NCBI RefSeq assembly: GCF_001194135.2
Contig: NC_069004.1
Span: 32,118,580 to 32,182,122, forward strand
From: Octopus bimaculoides
Taxonomy: Eukaryota
Length of the DNA: 63,543 nt
Direction of reading: 5' to 3'
This document shows positions 14,170 through 26,479 of the stretch, in pieces; position 1 is the first letter of the stretch, and each line of letters opens with the position of its first letter. The translations under genes were made by a program, and so were the position numbers. The notes beneath the pieces were generated by a model. It ran no database searches, had not been told where the DNA came from, and was given only the letters and a program-made list of their open reading frames with translations.

Positions 14170-15063
14170 CATACAAACACACACACACATATACACACAT
14201 CATTCCTCGCTTTGTTTCCTCAAAACTCTTTTTTAGCATGCATAGTTCTAAATGACATTTCGCAGGAATACGTTCACGGGAATGTAGATTACGTGATGTA
14301 GAAGTTTGCAACATAAATATATGGAAATAAAAAGTTAACAGTGCTAAAGATAATATGGAAACTGGTTGTAACATAAATGATGGAGCAGGGAGAGAAAGAA
14401 AGAAACGATTCCAAACACCCTTGATAATACTTTTTTACCCTTCTTTTTTTTGTAAATGTTGTCAACATAATCGTAATCTACCCACTTGAAAACGTATATC
14501 TGCAAAATTTCATTAAAAAATATAAGTTTTTCAAAAAGTTATGAGGGAACAAATTGTTGGGGCGCTAAACTATAGTTATGCCTGCAAATTTTATAACTAG
14601 TTATGTTGTTTGCGTGTGTGCGTGAATGGTGTGTGTGACAGTAGGTTGTCTTGGTATAACAAACAAACGAAAACAGTTCCACATTTACCGAGTTCTGTGA
14701 CACAATAATTATATTTAGGTAAGTTTCCAAAGAGCCAAACTTGGCTATCCACCCACGCCAGTCACCAACTACATTAAACCTCCGAAAGGCAGGAGGCAAG
14801 CAAGCAGTCTGTCCGTCTTTCTACCGATTCTGCACATCCAAACAATAATAATAATAATAATAATTCTTTCTACTATAAGCACAAGGCCTGAAATTTAAGG
14901 GGGAGGGGAATAGTCGATTACAGCGATCCCAGTGCGTAACTGGTACTTATTTTATCGACCCCGAAAAGATGAAAAGCAAAGTTGACCTCGGCAGAATAAC
15001 AATAAGAACAAGAAATGATAATGAGAAAATTAATGACAATAATAATAATAATAATAATAACAA

Positions 15064-15433
15064 CAAGAGCACTCAGAGAGCGCAAACCTCCGCCAAGGCA
15101 ACACCAATGTCCTCTCAACGATTAGCCGGAGATGATTTTTAAAATGAGAATATCTAAAATAAACTCGACTGCTCTCACAAACGAAGGAGACTAAGAATGA
15201 ACCTGACCGCTCTCAAAAATTAAGTAAAAAAGAAAAAAAAACAGGAAAAATAATCCAGAATCCTTGTCCGGTACCGGATCGATCCCAAAATCTAATCAGT
15301 TCGTGCCAGTCATGTGGCCAAACATCCCTGAAAGTTTCATCCGAATCCATCCAATGGTTCTTGGGATATCTTGTCCACGGACAAACAAACAAACACGGCT
15401 GAAAACAATACCTCCGCTTTCTCTAAGACGGAG
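15064..15433 (-). mobile_element. Helentron-associated (HINE/DINE-1-like) non-autonomous element
   Basis: Subterminal ACCTCCGC inverted repeats, short (GTTT)n and a 3' hairpin GCGCTCTCTGAGTGC. Matches 9704-9960 in the opposite orientation. Confidence 0.65.
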
Positions 15434-16039
15434 TAATAATAATTCTATTACAAGCTGAAGGTCTGAAATTTAGTGGGTGGGGACTAGCTGATTACCAACG
15501 ATCCCAGTTCTCGGCAGATCCTTTTTTTATCGATTCCGATAGGATGAAAGCAAAGTCGACCACGGTGGAATTTGAACTGCATACAACAACAACAACAATA
15601 ATCCTTTCTATTATAGGCACAATTTGGCGGGGTGGGGGCTAATCGATCACACCGACCCAGTGCGGAATTGGAACTTATTTCATCGCACCCCGGTAGGATG
15701 AAAAGCAAAGTCGATCTCGGGGGGAATCTCAACACGGAACGTAAAGACGGACGAGACGCCGCTAAGCATTTTATCCGGCGTTCTAACGATTCTGCCAGCT
15801 CGAATAATAATGATAATAATAATTCCTTTCATTGGCCGGAAGGGCCCAAGATATTGAGGACTACATCAAAAGACAAAATGCAACACACAACGGTTGGGGG
15901 ATGCCGTTGGGGTTGGCATCGACCAAAGAGAGATTCAACAATAAGGGTATAACAATAGAATTCGGGAAACTAAAAAGAATCCCCAACAGCGATGCAGTCC
16001 ACCTCAGGTGATAATAATAATAATAATAATAAAAACAAC

Positions 16040-16071
<32 letters not shown>

Positions 16072-16226
16072 TGATGATGATATTTGCCACAAGGGCATCA
16101 GATGAGAGGGATAATACAAAGACAGTTTACAATATATGAGGGGGAGAAGTTACATAAAAGATGAGAGGAAGAAATGGAAAGGGACGGGGGGAGAGAAATG
16201 AGATAAAAATATATGTAGTATACAGA

Positions 16227-16390
16227 CTAGCGTAGCTCGGGTGTGTGCCGCCCGCGGTGGCCCTTCCGTTTTCCACCATCCACCCCCGGACCCCACAAAA
16301 AACATTGCTTACAGCGATAGCCTACAACAAGATGAAAAATGCCGCCTGGGGGCGGACCGTCCCTACCGCGCCCACCTCTAGCTACTCTAG
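16227..16390. mobile_element. GC-rich MITE; related truncated copy at about 58042-58160
   Basis: Imperfect TIRs CTAGCGTAGCT and AGCTACTCTAG; internal AAAAAACATTGC.TACAGC shared with the 58-kb copy. Confidence 0.5.
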
Positions 16391-16684
16391 TGAGTATACA
16401 AAAATAAGGGAACACATTCTGTGATGCAGTCTTCCTGATAGAGCAAAACCTCCAAGGAACCCCACAGATCGTGGTTTCGAATTCTGGCACAAGGCCAGTA
16501 ACTTCAGGGAAACAGGTAAGTCGATTTGATCGACCCTAGAGCTTAACTGGTATTTATTTTATCGACTCCAGCAGAATTTGAACTCAGAACGTAAAGACGG
16601 GCGAAATGCCGCTAAGCATTTCGCCCGGCGCGGTTACGATTCTGTAAGATCGCCATCTTAAGAATCATAAATATTAAAAGTTAA

Positions 16685-18190
16685 AATTCCTCGCCCGAAT
16701 ACATTTTTGTAGGATCCTGTTGTTGTTTTTGAAAGGGGGACATTCGTAATACTTGCCGGGATTTGAACTCGGGATGTAATACGGACAACAATAAATGTAT
16801 AAAACAGTGAAATGAAAGCAGTGTTCCTGCATGGGCGCAGTGCAATAGCTGGAACCAGTTAAAGAAATGAATCTTTAAAAAATGTTAAAATATTGATCTG
16901 GAAAGCAGTACTCCTGTATGGGCTGAAACGATCACAAGAATTTCGTTGTCCAAACGAACACAATTTTAAAACTTCAAATTCCTCGCCAAAAACAAAAGCG
17001 AAATAAAAAAAAAAAAACAGATTCAAAACAATTCGGTATCTGCTGCTTTGAACGAGGGGCATTAATAATTCTTGATCGGATTCGAACATGGATCGCAAAA
17101 ACTATATTAAATATATAAAACAGTGAACTGAAAGTAGTTTTCCAGCGTGACTGAAGCAGTGTCGTAGCCTGGTCTGAAACTGGTCAAAAAAGTGGAAGAA
17201 TTCCTAAGGATTCCCTCACCNNNNNNNNNNNNNNNNNNNNNNNNNNNNNNNNNNNNNNNNNNNNNNNNNNNNNNNNNNNNNNNNNNNNNNNNNNNNNNNN
17301 NNNNNNNNNNNNNNNNNNNNNNNNNNNNNNNNNNNNNNNNNNNNNNNNNNNNNNNNNNNNNNNNNNNNNNNNNNNNNNNNNNNNNNNNNNNNNNNNNNNN
17401 NNNNNNNNNNNNNNNNNNNNNNNNNNNNNNNNNNNNNNNNNNNNNNNNNNNNNNNNNNNNNNNNNNNNNNNNNNNNNNNNNNNNNNNNNNNNNNNNNNNN
17501 NNNNNNNNNNNNNNNNNNNNNNNNNNNNNNNNNNNNNNNNNNNNNNNNNNNNNNNNNNNNNNNNNNNNNNNNNNNNNNNNNNNNNNNNNNNNNNNNNNNN
17601 NNNNNNNNNNNNNNNNNNNNNNNNNNNNNNNNNNNNNNNNNNNNNNNNNNNNNNNNNNNNNNNNNNNNNNNNNNNNNNNNNNNNNNNNNNNNNNNNNNNN
17701 NNNNNNNNNNNNNNNNNNNNNNNNNNNNNNNNNNNNNNNNNNNNNNNNNNNNNNNNNNNNNNNNNNNNNNNNNNNNNNNNNNNNNNNNNNNNNNNNNNNN
17801 NNNNNNNNNNNNNNNNNNNNNNNNNNNNNNNNNNNNNNNNNNNNNNNNNNNNNNNNNNNNNNNNNNNNNNNNNNNNNNNNNNNNNNNNNNNNNNNNNNNN
17901 NNNNNNNNNNNNNNNNNNNNNNNNNNNNNNNNNNNNNNNNNNNNNNNNNNNNNNNNNNNNNNNNNNNNNNNNNNNNNNNNNNNNNNNNNNNNNNNNNNNN
18001 NNNNNNNNNNNNNNNNNNNNNNNNNNNNNNNNNNNNNNNNNNNNNNNNNNNNNNNNNNNNNNNNNNNNNNNNNNNNNNNNNNNNNNNNNNNNNNNNNNNN
18101 NNNNNNNNNNNGATTTCGAAAACAATTCTTCTACCTGTTGTTTTGGCAGGATTCGAACAGGGGGTAAATAACGCCAGAATAAAATAATCG
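16685..18190. repeat. Degenerate tandem array of units of about 300 bp running through the 17221-18110 gap
   Basis: AATTCCTCGCC at 16685 and 16977; GGATT(T/C)GAAC at 16759, 17078 and 18149; TATAAAACAGTGAA at 16798 and 17114. Confidence 0.55.
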
Positions 18191-18285
18191 ACAAAATCAA
18201 TCAAAAAGTACAAGAATTCCCAAGAATTTCCAAGTCCAAAACGCCAAAACACACACACACACAAAAGAGCGATTTCGATACGTAC

Positions 18286-18543
18286 CTGAGAGGCACTGGT
18301 ATTCTTTTGGTGACTTTCGCATGCGAAAGTTGATTTGGAAGGAAAGGGAGGCGGCGTGCACCAGCCGTAGTGTATGGCACCACAGGTAAGCTGGAGCCGT
18401 TTGAGTTCGGGTACATCGCAGACGGGGCAATAGTGGACGGAGCGCTGCCAATGGATGTCAAGTTTACTGCTGTAGTACAAAGTCAACCGGGAATAGAGAA
18501 CTTGGGCAGAAGCAACTTTGGTCACCACATGCCTCTGCTGCAT
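18286..18543 (-). CDS. Candidate alternative first coding exon (86 codons, MQQRHVVTKV...KNTSASQ)
   Basis: Non-repetitive, roughly 50% GC, CpG-rich. ATG has A at -3 and the segment ends at CAG|GTACGT in phase 0. Weak recalled similarity to the PR130 N-terminus. The reading frame is ambiguous because the other two minus frames and one plus frame are also open over part of it. Confidence 0.4.
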
Positions 18544-19260
18544 ACTACCACGACGACGACTACCACAAGAGCAGCTACTACTGCTTCTGCTACTACCACT
18601 ACTACTACTACAACAACAACTACTACTACTATTTCTACAATGCCACTGCCAAAGACTTCGACAACGCAGCCCTTCTTTTTTTGGCAGATGGCAAGAACTT
18701 TTCAGCACAGGCCGAAGAAACGGCAGCGGCGGCGTCAGAGGAAGAAGCAACAGCAGCAGCAGTAATCGTAGTAGTAGTAGTAGTAATCGTAGTAGTAATA
18801 AATGGTATTAATCGCGATGGTGGTGGTGGTGGTGTTGGTACCGAAAGGTGGAGGAGAGGATAACTCATCACACAATAGTTAAATAGCCAGATGCCAAGAG
18901 CAACAGAGAAAATAAAATGAAAATAAATGAATAAATAAAGAAATAGTTTGGCGAAGTAATTCCCTGATTCTTTCAGACCAAACTCCAAAAACTTGATGTA
19001 AACCCGACAACTTTGAAACAAATTATCCAAAGTTTGCTTCTGTTTTTCTTTTCCTTTTTCCGTTCGTTTTTGTTTTGGTTTTCGTTCTTCCTGAGCTAAG
19101 GGACCGAAAAAACTTATTTACTAGTATCAACTGCTGTTTGGAGTGGTGTTACGACGATTATTTGCAGTTTTCTACTACTGTTATTGCAGCGGCGGCGGCG
19201 GCGGTTGCCCTCCCCCCATGCGTAGATGTATAAAAAGATCCGAGTTTATATATATTGAAG
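18544..19260 (-). promoter_or_regulatory. CpG-enriched, triplet-repeat-rich probable 5' UTR or promoter of the 18.3-kb exon
   Basis: GCG, CAG, TAG and GGT triplet runs and many CpGs against a CpG-poor background, directly upstream (minus sense) of the 18543 ATG. Confidence 0.35.
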
Positions 19261-19719
19261 ATAGAAATGTGATTGAGGTAGAAATAATTTAAAACGAGGA
19301 GGAAAAAAAACACGTAAAGCTGTATATAAATATATATATCCGTGTGTATATGTGTGTGTGTATATATATATATATATATTAGCCGCTAGTTTAAGGCGAG
19401 AGAAAGAGAGAGAGAGAGAAACACGTGTTCCTCCTCTTCTCAAAAGTTTGGTCTCCTGAACATACGAGAAAAAGATGGTGTTGGTGTAGTTGTTGATGGT
19501 GGTGATGATGATGATGATGATAGGAGTTATGTGGAGGGAGGAGGCGGTATGTGAGTACCAGTAGACTGATAGAGAGTGGGAGGAGAGAGAGAGAGAGAGC
19601 CAATGGTGTGGGTTTTAGCAGGCAACACTAACTACCAAATATCCTTGATGATAAAATAAACAGAACCAAAAACGAAACGAATGCCAGAACACACACACAC
19701 ACATTTATATATATATATA

Positions 19720-19765
<46 letters not shown>

Positions 19766-19965
19766 ATAAATACACACACAAACACAGACATTATATAAAC
19801 ATACATGTGTCTGTGTATACATATATACATACGTGTGCGCGTCTGTATGTATATATATGTATATGTGTGTGTGTATATATATATATATAAATGTGTGTGT
19901 ATCTATACACACACATACGTGCGTGTGTATGTGTGTATTTGTGTGTGTGCATACGCATTTATTAC

Positions 19966-20007
<42 letters not shown>

Positions 20008-20049
20008 CAATTGCTTATATTAGACTCAAAGAATTAATTTTCCTCTCAC

Positions 20050-20500
20050 ACTAATTAAGAAGTTTTATTGCTGCTGCTGTTGTTGTTGTTGTCAGGGGTG
20101 ATGGTGGTGTGGTGTTGGTTGATAGGTCTTGCTGCTGTTCGCAGTGGTGGCCACGACGCCATTGGCGGCGGCGGCGACGACGCTGTTGGGTAACGACAGT
20201 ATTGTTGGCGTTCGTGCTGTGCCACCCCCCTCCCGCCACCTCCCGCGGCAGCGGTGGTGGTGGTGGTGGCAGTGTTGTTATTGTTGTTGTTATTGTAATG
20301 ATGCTTGGCATTAATAAGACTTATTGTTAATGGTGTTTGTTGTTAGTGATGTCACAGTGGTGGTCATGGTGGGGTTATAGCACTGATGCTGTTGTTCAGC
20401 CTTTGGCTTCAAACTAATTGAGCCGATTGACCTCCTGACTGACCTCCCTCCCGTCATCAAAGACAATCCAACGGCGACCAAACCAACTTTTGGTCCATAT
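20050..20500. promoter_or_regulatory. GC/CpG-rich non-SINE island with a transcription-factor motif cluster
   Basis: (GGC)n and (GGT)n runs; TAATTG 20415-20420; TGACCT-N6-TGACCT 20428-20445; ATCAAAG 20456-20462. Confidence 0.3.
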
Positions 20501-20974
20501 TAAAACAAAAGAAAAAAAAATGCGTAATGAGAGTGATTCGAGGAAATTTGGTTGCTATTTCTAGCAAGTCAAGTAACAGCATAGGTTTGGTGGTGTTGCT
20601 GCTGTTATAGTTTAACCCCAGGTCAGTCCTGAATGAACAGACTTATATGATCAGACATTTCAGTTGTGACCATCCAGTTTTATTCAGTTCGCATAGTTTA
20701 AACCAAGATAATGTGTCCTTTTTTAAGACACTATGGTACAAATCTGAGGGAGACTTTGGCTGTTGTTTCATGGAGACGAGTCATCTGCATGTTAATTAAC
20801 AGAGGAAGCAGTGGGATTTAAAATAGAGACAGACAGACAGACAAATAGATAGATAGATATACACATGCACTAGACAGATAGATAGATAGATAGATAGATA
20901 GATATACATATGCACTAGACAGACAGACAGGCAGAAAGATAGATAGATAGACAAACAGCTAGCTAGCTAGATAG

Positions 20975-21025
<51 letters not shown>

Positions 21026-21036
21026 TACATATGCAT

Positions 21037-21068
<32 letters not shown>

Positions 21069-22097
21069 TAGACGGGGCTAGTTAGAGATAGACAAACAGA
21101 CAGACAGAATAAATGGTTAGATGGATGGAGGTGTCTGATAGATGGTTAGAGAAGACAGACAGATATATACATAGATATACACACATAGATAACTGGCTGG
21201 GGGCTGGCTAAATAGACAGTTAGACAGAAAGAGGGGGGGAGTGGGGACAGAGAGATAAATATACAGATAATTAGATAGACAGAGAGATAACCATAGCTAT
21301 AGAAATAAATATACAGTGATATAATTGTGAGGAAGCAAAGTCTTTCGAAAAGGTTGTCTACATGTAGGAAGGAACCAAAAGTCTTGGATAGTTTTGGAAA
21401 TTTGCAGTGAGATAGTCTTTCTCAAAGACTTCTCTTCTGTAAGGTATTACATAGCTGACTAACACAGATTCACCCAGATCTAGTTACTTTCTCTCTCTCT
21501 CTCTCTATCACTCACTCACCTTCTCTCTCACTCCCCTTTTCTTTCTCTCTCAATTCTTATCTTACATTTTCTCTTCACATTATCTCCAGTTGTTTCCTCA
21601 AAGTTACACACACACACATAAATGTAGGAACGGTTGTATATAGTTGTATGTGTGTGTATAAATATAAATATATTTACATTCATATACGTCTGTTATATAT
21701 ACGCGCGCATACACACACACACAAACAGGGTGGGCCAAAAATCACAAAGGTGCTTCAATATTTAAGTTTTTAATATTTTGTTTTAAATTTACAACAACCC
21801 AGTATCATGTGTGTGTGTGTGTGTGAGTGTGTGTGTGTGTGTGTGCGCGCGCACACACAAAAATAATATTTCAATAATTTAACGCAACAAATGGAAAATT
21901 TCACAAAATCATAAACAGAAAATTCGTAGCTAAATTCTCATCAGTCAATATATATATNNNNNNNNNNNNNNNNNNNNNNNNNNNNNNNNNNNNNNNNNNN
22001 NNNNNNNNNNNNNNNNNNNNNNNNNNNNNNNNNNNNNNNNNNNNNNNNNNNNNNNNNNNNNNNNNNNNNNNNNNNNNNNNNNNNNNNNNNNNNNNNN

Positions 22098-22128
<31 letters not shown>

Positions 22129-22298
22129 ACCGATGTTGGTGTGTTTACATCCCCATAGTTTAGCAGTTCGGCAAAAGAGACCAATAGAATAAGTACTAAG
22201 CTTACAAAGAATAAGTCCTGGGGCTGGTCCATTCAACTGAAGGCGGTGCTCCAGCATGGCCACCATCAAATGACTGAAACGAGTAAAAGAATAAAAGA

Positions 22299-22335
<37 letters not shown>

Positions 22336-23069
22336 TATGTATAGATGTCATCATCATCATCGTTTAATGTCCTCCTTCCATGCTGGCATGGGTTGGATGG
22401 TTTGACAGGAGCTGGCCAGACAGAAGACTGCACTAGGCTTCTGTGTCTGTTTCAACAGGCTTTTTACAGCTGGATGTCCTTCCTAACACCAACCACTCTG
22501 CATAGTCCCAGTACAGGTGAGGTAAGTTTTGACTAGGTTTTTACAGCTCGATGCCAACCACTTTACAGTGTGGACTGGGTGCTTTTTAAGTGACCCCAGC
22601 ACTAGCAGGGTCACCATCTGTAGAATCTTCAAGTCATAGTTATTTCTGTGCAAAATGGTATCAGCTGGTTACAAGTTCTCATGGAATGGATTTCATTTCA
22701 GAGATTTCCTTCTCCTAAAAGGATTGTCTTTCATTACCACCAATGAACACCATCAACCCTTCACGATATCGGATGTCCATTAACTCTCCTGAGTTCCTCC
22801 ACTCTTTGATGGGCCTCATTTTTCATCCTGCAGGGTGTCCAGAAGTCACCCTCCTGCCCAAGCCAGCTTGCTGCGGTCGCTGGTTTAGTCATCAATGACC
22901 CAACTATGCAACAGGTTGTACTGGATTACATGTAACCTATAGCACAAGAGCAACCTGACATACATACATACGTGTGTGTGTGTGTGTGTGTAATCTCATT
23001 AAAATCCTCTCATACCCAAACATACAGGAACAGAGAGAGTGCAATGCACATACTCACACACACACATAC

Positions 23070-23965
23070 TAGGGGCTGCTAAAAAGTTCATGGCTTTAAG
23101 GGTGTCATGAAAGGCCTGGTTGGAGGACCAACCTTCTGGAAACTGTAGTGGAAGCGGATACATCTCAAACTATGCATGAGTTAGCAGCAAGGTAAAGAAG
23201 CTGGACAAGTGGGTACTACATGAACTGAACGAGCATCAAATGACATATCTTGAAACCTGCTGGTCTTTGCTGTCACGGCATAAAAGCAAACCATTTTTGC
23301 ATCATATTGTTACATGTGATTGGATTCTTCTCAACAATAGCAAGCATTCTGCACGGTGGTTGGATAGAGATGAAGTGCCAAAACACAATCCAAAAAAGAA
23401 TATTCACCAAAATAAGCTAATGGTGTCTGTTTGGTGGTCCAGCACTGGGGTCATCCACTACAGCTTCATGAGACCTGGTCAGTCAATTACAGCGGATGTA
23501 TATACATCAACCAGTTGGATGAAATGATGATTGAACTTGCAATTAAATAACTGAGACTGGTCAATAGAGACAGGCCAATTCTCTTGCAAGGCAATGCTTG
23601 ACCACATGTCGCACAAAGAACGCTACTCAAGTTCCACAAACTGAACTTAGAAGTACTCTGTCATCCACCATATTCACCAGACCTTGCACCAACTGACTAT
23701 CATGTTTCCCAGGCATTAGACAACTTTTTTGCAACGAAAAAATCTTCAAATCTGAAGAAGATGCAAAAACAGTCTTTCATGATTTCATCACCTCTTGCTC
23801 TCTGGAATTCTTCGCTGCTGGAATAAATAAGCTACTGATAAAATGACAAAATTGTGTTGATAATTTAGGTGCACACTTAGATCAGCTGCACTGCTTTTTG
23901 TTGAGATAAAGTAAAATAAACTTTCAGTTCAAAATCAGACATTTCATTCTTAATGACTTGATTAT
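23070..23965 (+). mobile_element. Degenerate mariner transposon (SETMAR/Hsmar-like transposase pseudogene)
   Basis: Frames give KLDKWVLHELNEHQ, FLHHIVTCDWIL, KLMVSVWWS and HPPYSPDLAPTDYH (the mariner YSPDLAPxD motif), interrupted by stops and frameshifts. TIR-like 3' end near 23935-23962. Confidence 0.9.
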
Positions 23966-24322
23966 ATATATACATACATAGATATATTAGTCTTAATATT
24001 TGTTTTTATGTTCAGTAATAATAAAAACAATTTTATAATTTTACATTAATCTGATGAGTTAATCTAAACTTTTATAGACTATAAATTTATTACTCTTTAA
24101 TCAAAATATTGATTGTGACTTTGAAGTCACTGTCAATAATACTTTTGTTTATGGATAATAAATACAGATATAAATATATATTTCCATATACATATATATA
24201 TATAAACATGTGTTGGTGTGTGTATATATATATATATCTATATTCTTTTTGTCTTTTGTGCGTAAGCGCACCAACATCACTTGTCAAGTGACGGTGGGAG
24301 GAGACAAACACAGACACACAAA

Positions 24323-24353
<31 letters not shown>

Positions 24354-26113
24354 GATGGGCTTCATTCAGTTTGAGTCTTCCAAATCCACTCTTTGGTCAG
24401 CCTGAAGCTATAGTAAAAGACACTTGCCCAAGATGCCAAGCAGTGGGACTGAACCCAGAACCATGTGGTTGGGAAGCAAGCTTGTTACCACACAGCCACG
24501 CCTGCTCTTATATCTATAATCTATAATATATATATGTATATATATATATATATATATANNNNNNNNNNNNNNNNNNNNNNNNNNNNNNNNNNNNNNNNNN
24601 NNNNNNNNNNNNNNNNNNNNNNNNNNNNNNNNNNNNNNNNNNNNNNNNNNNNNNNNNNNNNNNNNNNNNNNNNNNNNNNNNNNNNNNNNNNNNNNNNNNN
24701 NNNNNNNNNNNNNNNNNNNNNNNNNNNNNNNNNNNNNNNNNNNNNNNNNNNNNNNNNNNNNNNNNNNNNNNNNNNNNNNNNNNNNNNNNNNNNNNNNNNN
24801 NNNNNNNNNNNNNNNNNNNNNNNNNNNNNNNNNNNNNNNNNNNNNNNNNNNNNNNNNNNNNNNNNNNNNNNNNNNNNNNNNNNNNNNNNNNNNNNNNNNN
24901 NNNNNNNNNNNNNNNNNNNNNNNNNNNNNNNNNNNNNNNNNNNNNNNNNNNNNNNNNNNNNNNNNNNNNNNNNNNNNNNNNNNNNNNNNNNNNNNNNNNN
25001 NNNNNNNNNNNNNNNNNNNNNNNNNNNNNNNNNNNNNNNNNNNNNNNNNNNNNNNNNNNNNNNNNNNNNNNNNNNNNNNNNNNNNNNNNNNNNNNNNNNN
25101 NNNNNNNNNNNNNNNNNNNNNNNNNNNNNNNNNNNNNNNNNNNNNNNNNNNNNNNNNNNNNNNNNNNNNNNNNNNNNNNNNNNNNNNNNNNNNNNNNNNN
25201 NNNNNNNNNNNNNNNNNNNNNNNNNNNNNNNNNNNNNNNNNNNNNNNNNNNNNNNNNNNNNNNNNNNNNNNNNNNNNNNNNNNNNNNNNNNNNNNNNNNN
25301 NNNNNNNNNNNNNNNNNNNNNNNNNNNNNNNNNNNNNNNNNNNNNNNNNNNNNNNNNNNNNNNNNNNNNNNNNNNNNNNNNNNNNNNNNNNNNNNNNNNN
25401 NNNNNNNNNNNNNNNNNNNNNNNNNNNNNNNNNNNNNNNNNNNNNNNNNNNNNNNNNNNNNNNNNNNNNNNNNNNNNNNNNNNNNNNATATAATGAAATA
25501 TATGCATTATGTTTACAGTAGGCATGCTTCTCTTTCCCCTCTGATCCACAAAACACTTGTTTAACGCCAGTGATGGACAGAGATTGTTGAGAAACAGTAG
25601 CTTGGCTTCGTTTTATTTATAAATTAAAATTGTTTTAATTCCCACCCACCCCCGCACCCTTTCACCAACAGGACTACAATTCACTTAACCCTACCCCACG
25701 CCCTCCTGACCCTGCTTCTTACTCCTCCTCCTCCTCCTCCTATTCCAATATGGGCCCTCTCCATTCACCGTTATCTACTCTTACCGCTCCTCGCATAAAA
25801 CTGTACCAAATGTCACACCAACTGGCAAGATAGACACACTGTTTAGTCTACCTTGCTCCATCAATCACATCATACAGAGGCACAGACATGCATGCACACA
25901 CACACACACACGCACAAATACACACAGCAACTCTCTCACACACACATGCATATTTTGTGTATTAACCACCACCACTACCACCACAATAGTGTTGCTGTTG
26001 TTGTTGTTGTTGTTGTTGTTGTTAATGGTGGTGGTATGACAGACACATTCAGATTTTGAATTTGAAATGAAAAATAAATTCTGTAAACGTATAAATGCAC
26101 ATGTGCAAGAAGA

Positions 26114-26145
<32 letters not shown>

Positions 26146-26233
26146 CTGCCACCACCATCATCACCACCACCACTACCATCATCAAGGGTTGGATGGGTTG
26201 TGTGAGGCCCTGTCAGTCACTAAGCATCTAAAT

Positions 26234-26479
26234 CAGTGGTTGTCAACAAGGGTCCCTATGACCATTGGCGGGGTGAGGGGCCCTTTAAGATTCTCTTGCT
26301 AAAATTTATCTGCAACAAATCACTTCTACACAAAATATTTCAATATTTTTATTCAATTCCTAATAATATTTAATTATAGAAATATGGGATTTTTTAAAAC
26401 ATCAAATGGCTGTGAGGGTCCAGTAGAATAAAATAGCAACCAAAAAGGACCATACGAGAAAAATGGTTGAGAAAGAATG
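26234..26479. mobile_element. hAT (Charlie-type) MITE
   Basis: CAGTGGTTGTCAAC...GGTTGAGAAAGAATG ends; 8-bp TSD ATCTAAAT/ACCTAAAT. Related fragments near 31432-31865, 33602-33670 and 53230-53310. Confidence 0.7.
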
